DNA of 64,000 nt, from assembly GCF_964355755.1 (NCBI RefSeq), contig NC_092675.1, forward strand, positions 12,395,812-12,459,811. The letters run 5' to 3'. Shown here in pieces: positions 37,901 to 52,200 of the stretch. The translations under genes were made by a program, and so were the position numbers. The DNA comes from Antedon mediterranea. Its lineage: Eukaryota; Animalia; Echinodermata. Every line of letters begins with the position of its first letter. Positions within the stretch are counted from its first letter, which is position 1. The notes beneath the pieces are model-generated. The model did no database searches and was not told where the DNA came from. It saw only the letters and a program-made list of their open reading frames with translations.

Positions 37901-40900
37901 GATCAGCGAGAGAGAGAGATAGATCAGCAAGAGAGAGATAGATCACCCAGAGAGAGATAGATCAGCGAGAGAGAGTAAGATCAGAGAGAGAGATAGATCA
38001 GCGAGAGAGAGATAGATCAGCAAGAGAGAGATAGATCAGCCAGAGAGAGAAAGATCAGCGAGAGAGAGAAAGATCAGAGAGAGAGAGATAGATCAGCGAG
38101 AGAGAGATAGATCGGCGAGAGAGAGATAGGTCAGCGAGAGAGAGATAGATCAGCGAGAGATAGATAGATCAGCGAGAGAGAGAGAGAGATAGATCAGAGA
38201 GAGAGATAGATCAGCGAGAGAGAGATAGATCATCGAGAGAGAGATAGATCAGCGAGAGAGAGATAGATCAACGAGAGAGAGATAGATCAGCGAGAGACAG
38301 ATAGATCAGCGAGAGAGAGAGAGAGAGATAGATAAGCGAGAGAGAGATATACCAGCGAGAGAGAGATAGATCAGCGAGAGAGAGGTAGATTAGCGAGAGA
38401 GAGAGATAGATCAGCGAGAGAGAGAGATAGATCGGCGAGAGAGAGATAGATCAGCGAGAGAGAGATAGATCAGCGAGAGAGATAGATCAGCGAGACAGAG
38501 ATAGATCAGCGAGGGAGAGATAGATCAGCGAGCGAGAGATAGATCAGCGAGAAAGAGATAGATCAGCGAGACAGATAGATCGGCGAGAGAGAAATAGATC
38601 AGCGAGAGAGAGATAGATCAGCGAGAGTGAGATAGATCAGCGAGAGAGAGATAGATCAGCGAGAGAGAGATAGATAGATCAGCGAGAGAGAGATAGATCA
38701 GCGAGAGAGAGATAGATAGATCAGCGAGAGGGAGATAGATCAGCGCGAAAAATATAGATAGATCAGCAAGAGAGAGATAGATAGATCAGCGAGAGAGATA
38801 GATAGATCAGCGAGAGAGAGATAGATCAGCGAGAGAGAGATAGACAGATCAGCGAGAGAGATAGATAAGCGAGAGAGATAGATAGATCAGCGAGAGAGAG
38901 ATAGATCAGCGAGAGAGAGATAGATCAGCGAGAGGGAGATAGATAGATCAGCGAGAGATAGATAGATAGATCAGCGAGAGAGAGATAGATAGATCAGCGA
39001 ACGAGAGATAGATCAGCGAGAGAGATATAGATAGATCAGCGAGAGAGAGAGATAGATAGATCAGTGAGAGAGAGATAGATAGATCAGCGAGAGAGAGATA
39101 GATAGATCAGCGAGAGAGAAATTGATAGATCAGCGAGAGAGAGATAGATCAGCGAGAGAGAGATAGATAGATCAGCGAGAGAGAGATAGATAGATCAGCG
39201 AGAGAGAGATAGATAGATCAGCGAGAGAGAGATAGATCAGCGAAAGAGAGAGAGATAGATCAGAGAGATAGAGAGATAGATCAGCGAGAGAGAGAGATAG
39301 ATCAGCCAGAGAGAGATAGATCAGCGAGAGAGAGAAAGATCAGAGAGAGAGAGAGAGAGAGATAGATCAGCGAGAGATAGATAAGCGAGAGAGAAATAGA
39401 TCAGCGAGAGAGAGATAGATCAGCCAGAGAGAGATAGATCACCGAGAGAGCGAAAGATCAGCGAGAGTGAGATAGATCAGCGAGAGAGAGATAGATCAGC
39501 GAGAGCGAGAGAGATAAATCAGGGAGAGAGAGATAGATCAGCGAGAGAGAGATGGATAGATCAGCGAGAGAGAGATAGATCAGCGAGAGAGAGATAGATC
39601 AGCGAGAGTGAGATAGATCAGCGAGAGAGAGATAGATCAGCGAGAGCGAGAGAGATAAATCAGGGAGAGAGAGATAGATCAGCGAGAGAGAGATGGATAG
39701 ATCAGCGAGAGAGAGATAGATAGATCAGCGAGAGAGAGAGATAGATCAGCGAGAGAGAGATATATAAATCAGCGACAGAGAGATAGATCAGCGAGAAAGA
39801 GATAGATAGATCAGCGAGAGAGAGATAGATAGATCAGCGAGAGAGAGATAGATAGATCAGCGAGAGAGAGATAGATCAGCGAGAGAGAGAGATAGATCAG
39901 CGAGAGAGAGATAGATCAGCGAGAGAGAGATAGATCAGCGAGAGTGATATAGATCAGCGAGAGAGAGATAGATCAGCGAGAGCGAGAGAGATAAATCAGG
40001 GAGAGAGAGATAGATCAGCGAGAGAGAGATGGATAGATCAGCAAGAGAGAGATAGATAGATCAGCGAGAGAGAGATAGATCAGCGAGAGAGAGATAGATA
40101 AATCAGCGAGAGAGAGATAGATTAGCGAGAAAAAGATAGATAGATCAGCGAGAGAGAGATAGATAGATCAGCGAGAGAGAGATAGATCAGCGAGAAAGAG
40201 ATAGATACATCAGCGAGAGAGAGATAGATACATCAGCGAGAGAGAGATAGATACATCAGCGAGAGAGAGATAGATACATCAGCGAGAGAGAGATAGATCA
40301 GCGAGAGAGAGATAGATAGATCAGAGAGAGAGAGAGATAGATAGATCAGCGAGAGAGAGATAGATAGATCAGCGAGAGAGAGATAGATCAGCAAGAGAGA
40401 GATAGATAGATCAGCGAGAGGGAGAGATAGATCAGCGAGAGAGAGATAGATCAGCGAGAGAGAGATAGATCAGCGAGAGAGAGATAGATCAGAGAGAGAG
40501 AGAGATAGATCAGCGAGAGAGAGAGATAGACCAGTGAGAGAGAGATAGATCAGCGAGAGAGAGGTAGATTAGCGAGAGAGAGACAGATCAGCGAGAGAGA
40601 GAGATAGATCGAGGAGAGAGAGAGATGGATAGATCAGCGAGAGAGAGATAGATAGATCAGCGAGAGAGAGATAGATAGATCAGAGAGAGAGAGATAGATA
40701 GATCAGCGAGAGAGAAATTGATAGATCAGCGAGAGAGAGGTAGATCAGCGAAAGAGAGATAGATAGATCAGCGAGAGAGAGATAGATAGATCAGCGAGAG
40801 AGAGATAGATCAGCGAGAGAGAGAGAGAGAGAGAGATAGATCAGCGAGAGAGAGATAGATCAGAGAGAGAGAGAGATAGACCAGCCAGAAAGAGATAGAT

Positions 40901-43900
40901 CAGCGAGAGAGAGAAAGATCAGAGAGAGAGATAGATCAGCGAGAGAGAAATAGATCAGCGAGAGAGAGATAGATCAGCCAGAGAGAGATAGATCACCGAG
41001 AGAGCGAAAGATCAGCGAGAGAGAGATAGATAGATCAGCGAGAGAGAGATAGATAGATCAGCGAGAGAGAGATAGATCAGTGAGAGAGAGAGATAGATCA
41101 GCGAGAGAGAGATAGATCAGCGAGAGAGAGATAGATCAGCGAGAGAGAGATAGATCAGCGAGAGCGAGAGAGATAGATCAGCGAGAGAGAGATAGATCAG
41201 CGAGAGAGAGAGATAGATCAGCAAGAGAGAGATAGATCAGCGAGAGAGAGATAGATCAGCGAGAGAGAGAGAGATAGATCAGCGAGAGAGAGATAGATCA
41301 GCGAGAGAGAGATAGATCAGCGAGAGTGAGATAGATCAGCGAGAGAGATAGATCAGCGAGAGCGAGAGAGATAAATCAGCGAGAGAGAGATAGATCAGCG
41401 AGAGAGAGATGGATAGATCAGCGAGAGAGAGATAGATAGATCAGCGAGAGAGAGATAGATCAGCGAGGGAGAGATAGATAGATCAGCGAGAGAGAGATAG
41501 ATCAGCGAGAAAGAGATAGATAGATCAGCGAGAGAGATATATCAGCGAGAGTGAGATAGATAGATCAGCGAGAGAAAGATAGATAGATCAGCGAGAGAGA
41601 GAGAAAGATAGATAAGCGAGAGAGAGATAGATCAGCGAGAGAGAGATAGATAGATTAGCGAGAGAGAGATAGATAGATCAGCGAGAGAGAGATAGATAGA
41701 TCAGCGAGAGGGAGATAGATCAGCGAGAAAGAGATAGATCAGCCAGAGAGAGATAGATCAGCCAGAGAGAGAAAGATCAGCGAGAGAGAGATAGATCAGA
41801 GAGAGAGAGAGATAGACCAGCCAGAAAGAGATAGATCAGCGAGAGAGAGAAAGATCAGAGAGAGAGATAGATCAGCGAGAGAGAAATAGATCAGCGAGAG
41901 AGAGATAGATCAGCCAGAGAGAGATAGATCACCGAGAGAGCGAAAGATCAGCGAGAGAGAGATAGATAGATCAGCGAGAGAGAGATAGATAGATCAGCGA
42001 GAGAGAGATAGATCAGTGAGAGAGAGAGATAGATCAGCGAGAGAGAGATAGATCAGCGAGAGAGAGATAGATCAGCGAGAGAGAGATAGATCAGCGAGAG
42101 CGAGAGAGATAGATCAGCGAGAGAGAGATAGATCAGCGAGAGAGAGAGATAGATCAGCAAGAGAGAGATAGATCAGCGAGAGAGAGATAGATCAGCGAGA
42201 GAGAGAGAGATAGATCAGCGAGAGAGAGATAGATCAGCGAGAGAGAGATAGATCAGCGAGAGTGAGATAGATCAGCGAGAGAGATAGATCAGCGAGAGCG
42301 AGAGAGATAAATCAGCGAGAGAGAGATAGATCAGCGAGAGAGAGATGGATAGATCAGCGAGAGAGAGATAGATAGATCAGCGAGAGAGAGATAGATCAGC
42401 GAGGGAGAGATAGATAGATCAGCGAGAGAGAGATAGATCAGCGAGAAAGAGATAGATAGATCAGCGAGAGAGATATATCAGCGAGAGTGAGATAGATAGA
42501 TCAGCGAGAGAAAGATAGATAGATCAGCGAGAGAGAGAGAAAGATAGATAAGCGAGAGAGAGATAGATCAGCGAGAGAGAGATAGATAGATTAGCGAGAG
42601 AGAGATAGATAGATCAGCGAGAGAGAGATAGATAGATCAGCGAGAGGGAGATAGATCAGCGAGAAAGAGATAGATCAGCCAGAGAGAGATAGATCAGCCA
42701 GAGAGAGAAAGATCAGCGAGAGAGAGATAGATAGATCAGCGAGAGAGAGATAGATAGATCAGCGAGAGAGAGACAGATCAACGAGAGAGAGAAAGATCAG
42801 CGAGAGAGAGATAGATCAGCGAGAGAGAGATAGATCAACGAGAGAGAGAGATAGATAGATCAGCGAGAGAGAGATATATCAGCGAGAGAGAGATAGATCA
42901 GTGAGAGAGAGATAGATCAGCGAGAGAGAGATAGATCAGCGAGAGAGAGAGAGAGATAGATAAGCGAGAGAGAGATAGACCAGCGAGAGAGAGATAGATC
43001 AGCGAGAGAGAGGTAGATTAGCGAGAGAGAGAGATAGATCAGCGAGAGAGAGAGATAGATCGGCGAGAGAGAGATAGATCAGCGAGAGAGAGATAGATCA
43101 GCGAGAGAGAGATAGATCAGCGAGACAGAGATAGATCAGCGAGGGAGAGATAGATCAGCGAGCGAGAGATAGATCAGCGAGAAAGAGATAGATCAGCGAG
43201 ACAGATAGATCGGCGAGAGAGAAATAGATCAGCGAGAGAGAGATAGATCAGCGAGAGAGAGAGATCAGCTAGAGAGAGATAGATCAGCGAGAGAGAGATA
43301 GATCAGCGAGAGAGAGATAGATCAGCGAGAGAGAGAGAGAGAGATAGATCAGCGAGAGAGAGAGATAGATCAGCAAGAGAGAGATAGATCACCCAGAGAG
43401 AGATAGATCAGCGAGAGAGAGAGAAAGATCAGAGAGAGAGATAGATCAGCGAGAGAGAGATAGATCAGCAAGAGAGAGATAGATCAGCCAGAGAGAGAAA
43501 GATCAGCGAGAGAGAGAAAGATCAGAGAGAGAGAGATAGATCAGCGAGAGAGAGATAGATCGGCGAGAGAGAGATAGGTCAGCGAGAGAGAGATAGATCA
43601 GCGAGAGATAGATAGATCAGCGAGAGAGAGAGAGAGATAGATCAGAGAGAGAGATAGATCAGCGAGAGAGAGATAGATCATCGAGAGAGAGATAGATCAG
43701 CGAGAGAGAGATAGATCAACGAGAGAGAGATAGATCAGCGAGAGACAGATAGATCAGCGAGAGAGAGAGAGAGATAGATAAGCGAGAGAGAGATAGACCA
43801 GCGAGAGAGAGATAGATCAGCGAGAGAGAGGTAGATTAGCGAGAGAGAGAGATAGATCAGCGAGAGAGAGAGATAGATCGGCGAGAGAGAGATAGATCAG

Positions 43901-46210
43901 CGAGAGAGAGATAGATCAGCGAGAGAGATAGATCAGCGAGACAGAGATAGATCAGCGAGGGAGAGATAGATCAGCGAGCGAGAGATAGATCAGCGAGAAA
44001 GAGATAGATCAGCGAGACAGATAGATCGGCGAGAGAGAAATAGATCAGCGAGAGAGAGATAGATCAGCGAGAGAGAGAGATCAGCGAGAGAGAGATAGAT
44101 CAGCGAGAGAGAGATAGATCAGCGAGAGAGAGAGAGAGATAGATCAGCGAGAGAGAGAGATAGATCAGCAAGAGAGAGATAGATCACCCAGAGAGAGATA
44201 GATCAGCGAGAGATAAATAGATCAGCGAGAGAGAGAGAGAGATAGATCAGAGAGAGAGATAGATCAGCGAGAGAGAGATAGATCATCGAGAGAGAGATAG
44301 ATCAGCGAGAGAGAGATAGATCAACGAGAGAGAGATAGATCAGCGAAAGACAGATAGATCAGCGAGAGAGAGAGAGAGATAGATAAGCGAGAGAGAGATA
44401 GACCAGCGAGAGAGAGATAGATCAGCGAGAGAGAGGTAGATTAGCGAGAGAGAGAGATAGATCAGCGAGAGAGAGAGATAGATCGGCGAGAGAGAGATAG
44501 ATCAGCGAGAGAGAGATAGATCAGCGAGAGAGAGATAGATCAGCGAGACAGAGATAGATCAGCGAGGGAGAGATAGATCAGCGAGCGAGAGATAGATCAG
44601 CGAGAAAGAGATAGATCAGCGAGACAGATAGATCGGCGAGAGAGAAATAGATCAGCGAGAGAGAGATAGATCAGCGAGAGAGAGAGATCAGCGAGAGAGA
44701 GATAGATCAGCGAGAGAGAGATAGATCAGCGAGAGAGAGAGAGAGATAGATCAGCGAGAGAGAGAGATAGATCAGCAAGAGAGAGATAGATCACCCAGAG
44801 AGAGATAGATCAGCGAGAGAGAGAAAGATCAGAGAGAGAGATAGATCAGCGAGAGAGAGATAGATCAGCAAGAGAGAGATAGATCAGCCAGAGAGAGAAA
44901 GATCAGCGAGAGAGAGAAAGATCAGAGAGAGAGAGATAGATCAGCGAGAGATAGATAGATCAGCGAGAGAGAGAGAGAGATAGATCAGAGAGAGAGATAG
45001 ATCAGCGAGAGAGAGATAGATCATCGAGAGAGAGATAGATCAGCGAGAGAGAGATAGATCAACGAGAGAGAGATAGATCAGCGAGAGACAGATAGATCAG
45101 CGACAGACAGATAGATCAGCGAGAGAAAGATAGATCAGCGAGAGACAGATAGATCAGCAAGAGACAGATAGATCAGCGAGAGAGAGATAGGTCAGCGAGA
45201 GAGAGATAGATAGATCAGCGAGAGAGAGATAGATCAGCGAGAGAGAGATAGGTCAGCGAGAGAGAGATAGATCAGCGAGAGATAGATAGATCAGCGAGAG
45301 AGAGAGAGAGATAGATCAGAGAGAGAGAAAGATCAGCGAGAGAGAGATAGATCATCGAGAGAGAGATAGATCAGCGAGAGAGAGATAGATCAACGAGAGA
45401 GAGATAGATCAGCGAGAGACAGATAGATCAGCGACAGACAGATAGATCAGCGTGAGAAAGATAGATCAGCGAGAGACAGATAGATCAGCAAGAGACAGAT
45501 AGATCAGCGAGAGAGAGATAGGTCAGCGAGAGAGAGATAGATAAATCAGCGAGAGAGAGATAGATCAGCGAGAGAGAGATAGATAGATCAGCGAGAGAGA
45601 GATAGATCAGCGAGAGAGAGATAGATAGATCAGCGAGAGGGAGATAGATCAGCGAGAAAGAGATAGATAGATCAGCGAGAGAGAGATAGATAGATCAGCG
45701 AGAGAGATAGATAGATCAGCGAGGGAGAGATAGATCAGCGAGAGAGAGATAGACAGATCAGCCAGAGAGAGATAGATATGCGAGAGAGAGATAGATAGAT
45801 CAGCGAGAGAGAGATAGATCAGCGAGAGAGAGATAGATCAGCGAGAGTGAGATAGATAGATCAGCGAGAGATAGATAGATAGATCAGCGAGAGAGATATA
45901 GATAGATCAGCGAGAGAGAGATAGATATATCAGCGAGAGAGAGATAGATAGATCAGCGAGAAAGAGATAGATAGATCAGCGAGAGAGAAATTGATAGATC
46001 AGCGAGAGAGAGATAGATTAGCGAGAGAGAGATAGATAGATCAGCGAGAGAGAGATAGATAGATCAGCGAGAGAGAGATAGATAGATCAGCGAGAGAGAG
46101 ATAGATCAGCGAGAGAGAGAGAGATAGATCAGAGAGATAGAGAGATAGATCAACGAGAGAGAGAGATAGATCAGCCAGAGAAAGATAGATCAGCGAGAGA
46201 GAGAAAGATC

Positions 46211-46241
<31 letters not shown>

Positions 46242-49200
46242 TCAGCGAGAGATAGATCAGCGAGAGAGAAATAGTTCAGCGAGAGAGAGATAGATCAGCC
46301 AGAGAGAGATAGATCACCGAGAGAGCGAAAGATCAGCGAGAGAGAGATAGATAGATCAGCGAGAGAGAGATAGATAGATCAGCGAGAGAGAGATAGATCA
46401 GCGAGAGAGAGAGATAGATCAGCGAGAGAGAGATAGATCAGCGAGAGATGGATAGATCAGCGAGAGAGAGATAGATAGATCAGCGAGAGAGAGAGATAGA
46501 TCAGCGAGAGAGAGATAGATAAATCAGCGAGAGAGAGATAGATCAGCAAGAAAGAGATAGATAGATCAGCGAGAGAGAGATAGATAGATCAGCGAGAGAG
46601 AGATAGATAGATCAGCGAGAGAGAGATAGATCAGCGAGAGAGAGAGATAGATCAGCGAGAGAGAGATAGATCAGTGAGAGAGAGATAGATCAGCGAGAGT
46701 GAGATAGATCAGCGAGAGAGAGATAGATCAGCGAGAGCGAGAGAGATAAATCAGGGAGAGAGAGATAGATCAGCGAGAGAGAGATGGATAGATCAGCGAG
46801 AGAGAGATAGATAGATCAGCGAGAGAGAGAGATAGATCAGCGAGAGAGAGATAGATAAATCAGCGAGAGAGAGATAGATCAGCGAGAAAAAGATAGATAG
46901 ATCAGCGAGAGAGAGATAGATAGATCAGCGAGAGAGAGATAGATCAGCGAGAAAGAGATAGATAGATCAGCGAGAGAGAGATAGATACATCAGCAAGAGA
47001 GAGATAGATCAGCGAGAGAGAGATAGATAGATCAGCGAGAGAGAGATAGATCAGCGAGAGAGAGATAGATAGATCAGAGAGAGAGAGATAGATAGATCAG
47101 CGAGAGACAGATAGATAGATCAGCGAGAGGGAGATAGATCAGCGAGAAAGAGATAGATCAGCCACAGAGAGATAGATCAGCCAGAGAGAGAAAGATCAGC
47201 GAGAGAGAGATAGATAGATCATCGAGAGAGAGATAGATAGATCAGCGAGAGAGAGATAGATCAGCGAGAGAGAGAGAGAGATAGATAAGCGAGAGAGAGA
47301 TAGACCAGCGAGAGAGAGATAGATCAGCGAGAGAGAGGTAGATTAGCGAGAGAGAGAGATAGATCAGCGAGAGAGAGAGATAGATCGGCGAGAGAGAGAT
47401 AGATCAGCGAGAGAGAGATAGATCAGCGAGAGAGAGATAGATCAGCGAGACAGAGATAGATCAGCGAGGGAGAGATAGATCAGCGAGCGAGAGATAGATC
47501 AGCGAGAAAGAGATAGATCAGCGAGACAGATAGATCGGCGAGAGAGAAATAGATCAGCGAGAGAGAGATAGATCAGCGAGAGAGAGAGATCAGCTAGAGA
47601 GAGATAGATCAGCGAGAGAGAGATAGATCAGCGAGAGAGAGATAGATCAGCGAGAGAGAGAGAGATAGATCAGCGAGAGAGAGAGATAGATCAGCAAGAG
47701 AGAGATAGATCACCCAGAGAGAGATAGATCAGCGAGAGAGAGAAAGATCAGAGAGAGAGATAGATCAGCGAGAGAGAGATAGATCAGCAAGAGAGAGATA
47801 GATCAGCCAGAGAGAGAAAGATCAGCGAGAGAGAGAAAGATCAGAGAGAGAGAGAGATAGATCAGCGAGAGAGAGAGATAGATCGGCGAGAGAGAGATAG
47901 GTCAGCGAGAGAGAGATAGATCAGCGAGAGATAGATAGATCAGCGAGAGAGAGATAGATCAGAGAGAGAGATAGATCAGCGAGAGAGAGATAGATCATCG
48001 AGAGAGAGATAGATCAGCGAGAGAGAGATAGATCAACGAGAGAGAGATAGATCAGCGAGAGACAGATAGATCAGCGAGAGAGAGAGAGAGAGATAGATAA
48101 GCGAGAGAGAGATAGACCAGCGAGAGAGAGATAGATCAGCGAGAGAGAGGTAGATTAGCGAGAGAGAGAGATAGATCAGCGAGAGAGAGAGATAGATCGG
48201 CGAGAGAGAGATAGATCAGCGAGAGAGAGATAGATCAGCGAGAGAGAGATAGATCAGCGAGACAGAGATAGATCAGCGAGGGAGAGATAGATCAGCGAGC
48301 GAGAGATAGATCAGCGTGAAAGAGATAGATCAGCGAGACAGATAGATCGGCGAGAGAGAAATAGATCAGCGAGAGAGAGATAGATCAGCGAGAGAGAGAG
48401 ATCAGCGAGAGAGAGATAGATCAGCGAGAGAGAGATAGATCAGCGAGAGAGAGATAGATCAGCGAGAGAGAGAGAGAGATAGATCAGCGAGAGAGAGAGA
48501 TAGATCAGCAAGAGAGAGATAGATCACCCAGAGAGAGATAGATCAGCGAGTAAGAGAAAGATCAGAGAGAGAGATAGATCAGCGAGAGAGAGATAGATCA
48601 GCAAGAGAGAGATAGATCAGCCAGAGAGAGAAAGATCAGCGAGAGAGAGAAAGATCAGAGAGAGAGAGATAGATCAGCGAGAGAGAGATAGATCAGCGAG
48701 AGAGAGATAGGTCAGCGAGAGAGAGATAGATCAGTGAGAGATAGATAGATCAGCGAGAGAGAGAGAGAGAGAGATAGATCAGAGAGAGAGATAGATCAGC
48801 GAGAGAGAGATAGATCATCGAGAGAGAGATAGATCAGCGAGAGAGAGATAGATCAACGAGAGAGAGATAGATCAGCGAGAGACAGATAGATCAGCGACAG
48901 ACAGATAGATCAGCGAGAGAAAGATAGATCAGCGAGAGACAGATAGATCAGCAAGAGACAGATAGATCAGCGAGAGAGAGATAGGTCAGCGAGAGAGAGA
49001 TAGATAGATCAGCGAGAGAGAGATAGATCAGCGAGAGAGAGATAGGTCAGCGAGAGAGAGATAGATCAGCGAGAGATAGATAGATCAGCGAGAGAGAGAG
49101 AGAGATAGATCAGAGAGAGAGATAGATCAGCGAGAGAGAGATAGATCATCGAGAGAGAGATAGATCAGCGAGAGAGAGATAGATCAACGAGAGAGAGATA

Positions 49201-52200
49201 GATCAGCGAGAGACAGATAGATCAGCGACAGACAGATAGATCAGCGTGAGAAAGATAGATCAGCGAGAGACAGATAGATCAGCAAGAGACAGATAGATCA
49301 GCGAGAGAGAGATAGGTCAGCGAGAGAGAGATAGATAGATCAGCGAGAGAGAGATAGATCAGCGAGAGAGAGATAGATAGATCAGCGAGAGAGAGATAGA
49401 TCAGCGAGAGAGAGATAGATAGATCAGCGAGAGGGAGATAGATCAGCGAGAAAGAGATAGATAGATCAGCGAGAGAGAGATAGATAGATCAGCGAGAGAG
49501 ATAGATAGATCAGCGAGGGAGAGATAGATCAGCGAGAGAGAGATAGACAGATCAGCCAGAGAGAGATAGATATGCGAGAGAGAGATAGATAGATCAGCGA
49601 GAGAGAGATAGATCAGCGAGAGAGAGATAGATCAGCGAGAGGGAGATAGATAGATCAGCGAGAGATAGATAGATAGATCAGCGAGAGAGAGATAGATAGA
49701 TCAGCGAACGAGAGATAGATCAGCGAGAGAGATATAGATAGATCAGCGAGAGAGAGATAGATATATCAGCGAGAGAGAGATAGATAGATCAGCGAGAAAG
49801 AGATAGATAGATCAGCGAGAGAGAAATTGATAGATCAGCGAGAGAGAGATAGATCAGCGAGAGAGAGATAGATAGATCAGCGAGAGAGAGATAGATAGAT
49901 CAGCGAGAGAGATATAGATAGATCAGCGAGAGAGAGATAGATCAGCGAGAGAGAGAGAGATAGATCAGAGAGATAGAGAGATAGATCAACGAGAGAGAGA
50001 GATAGATCAGCCAGAGAAAGATAGATCAGCGAGAGAGAGAAAGATCAGAGAGAGAGAGAGAGAGAGAGATAGATCAGCGAGAGATAGATCAGCGAGAGAG
50101 AAATAGTTCAGCGAGAGAGAGATAGATCAGCCAGAGAGAGATAGATCACCGAGAGAGCGAAAGATCAGCGAGAGAGAGATAGATAGATCAGCGAGAGAGA
50201 GATAGATAGATCAGCGAGAGAGAGATAGATCAGCGAGAGAGAGAGATAGATCAGCAAGAGAGAGATAGATCAGCGAGAGAGAGATAGATCAGCGAGAGTG
50301 AGATAGATCAGCGAGAGAGAGAGATAGATCAGCGAGAGCGAGAGAGATAAATCAGGGAGAGAGAGATAGATCAGCGAAAGAGAGATGGATAGATCAGCGA
50401 GAGAGAGATAGATAGATCAGCGAGAGAGAGAGATAGATCAGCGAGAGAGAGATAGATAAATCAGCGAGAGAGAGATAGATCAGCAAGAAAGAGATAGATA
50501 GATCAGCGAGAGAGAGATAGATAGATCAGCGAGAGAGAGATAGATAGATCAGCGAGAGAGAGATAGATCAGCGAGAGAGAGAGATAGATCAGCGAGAGAG
50601 AGATAGATCAGCGAGAGAGAGATAGATCAGCGAGAGTGAGATAGATCAGCGAGAGAGAGATAGATCAGCGAGAGCGAGAGAGATAAATCAGGGAGAGAGA
50701 GATAGATCAGCGAGAGAGAGATGGATAGATCAGCGAGAGAGAGATAGATAGATCAGCGAGAGAGAGAGATAGATCAGCGAGAGAGAGATAGATAAATCAG
50801 CGAGAGAGAGATAGATCAGCGAGAAAAAGATAGATAGATCAGCGAGAGAGAGATAGATAGATCAGCGAGAGAGAGATAGATCAGCGAGAAAGAGATAGAT
50901 AGATCAGCGAGAGAGAGATAGATACATCAGCGAGAGAGAGATAGATCAGCGAGAGAGAGATAGATAGATCAGCGAGAGAGAGATAGATCAGCGAGAGAGA
51001 GATAGATCAGCGAGAGGGAGAAAGATAGATCAGCGAGAGATAGATAGATAGATCAGCGAGAGAGAGATAGATAGATCAGCGAACGAGAGATAGATCAGCG
51101 AGAGAGATATAGATAGATCAGCGAGAGAGAGATAGATATATCAGCGAGAGAGAGATAGATAGATCAGCGAGAAAGAGATAGATAGATCAGCGAAAGAGAG
51201 ATGGATAGATCAGCGAGAGAGAGATAGATAGATCAGCGAGAGAGAGAGATAGATCAGCGAGAGAGAGATAGATAAATCAGCGAGAGAGAGATAGATCAGC
51301 AAGAAAGAGATAGATAGATCAGCGAGAGAGAGATAGATAGATCAGCGAGAGAGAGATAGATAGATCAGCGAGAGAGAGATAGATCAGCGAGAGAGAGAGA
51401 TAGATCAGCGAGAGAGAGATAGATCAGCGAGAGAGAGATAGATCAGCGAGAGTGAGATAGATCAGCGAGAGAGAGATAGATCAGCGAGAGCGAGAGAGAT
51501 AAATCAGGGAGAGAGAGATAGATCAGCGAGAGAGAGATGGATAGATCAGCGAGAGAGAGATAGATAGATCAGCGAGAGAGAGAGATAGATCAGCGAGAGA
51601 GAGATAGATAAATCAGCGAGAGAGAGATAGATCAGCGAGAAAAAGATAGATAGATCAGCGAGAGAGAGATAGATAGATCAGCGAGAGAGAGATAGATCAG
51701 CGAGAAAGAGATAGATAGATCAGCGAGAGAGAGATAGATACATCAGCGAGAGAGAGATAGATCAGCGAGAGAGAGATAGATAGATCAGCGAGAGAGAGAT
51801 AGATCAGCGAGAGAGAGATAGATAGATCAGAGAGAGAGAGATAGATAGATCAGCGAGAGACAGATAGATAGATCAGCGAGAGGGAGATAGATCAGCGAGA
51901 AAGAGATAGATCAGCCACAGAGAGATAGATCAGCCAGAGAGAGAAAGATCAGCGAGAGAGAGATAGATAGATCATCGAGAGAGAGATAGATAGATCAGCG
52001 AGAGAGAGACAGATCAACGAGAGGGAGAAAGATCAGCGAGAGAGAGATAGATCAGCGAGAGAGAGATAGATCAGCGAGAGAGAGAGAGATAGATCAGCGA
52101 GAGAGAGATAGATAGATCAGCGAGAGAGAGAGATAGATCAGCGAGAGAGAGATAGATCAGCGAGAGAGAGAGATAGATCAGCGAGAGAGAGATAGACCAG

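Larger units (their letters stand above)
28055..46760 (+). repeat. Large direct duplicate of about 1-13370 (satellite plus LINE), lengthened by internal expansions
   Basis: Collinear rare markers: CAGCGCGAAAAATATAG at 5595/6187 vs 33641/34233, GACCAGCCAGAAAG at 8327 vs 36373, CAGCTAGAG at 9778 vs 43266, GATATGCG at 12342 vs 45775. The right boundary is approximate. Confidence 0.82.
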
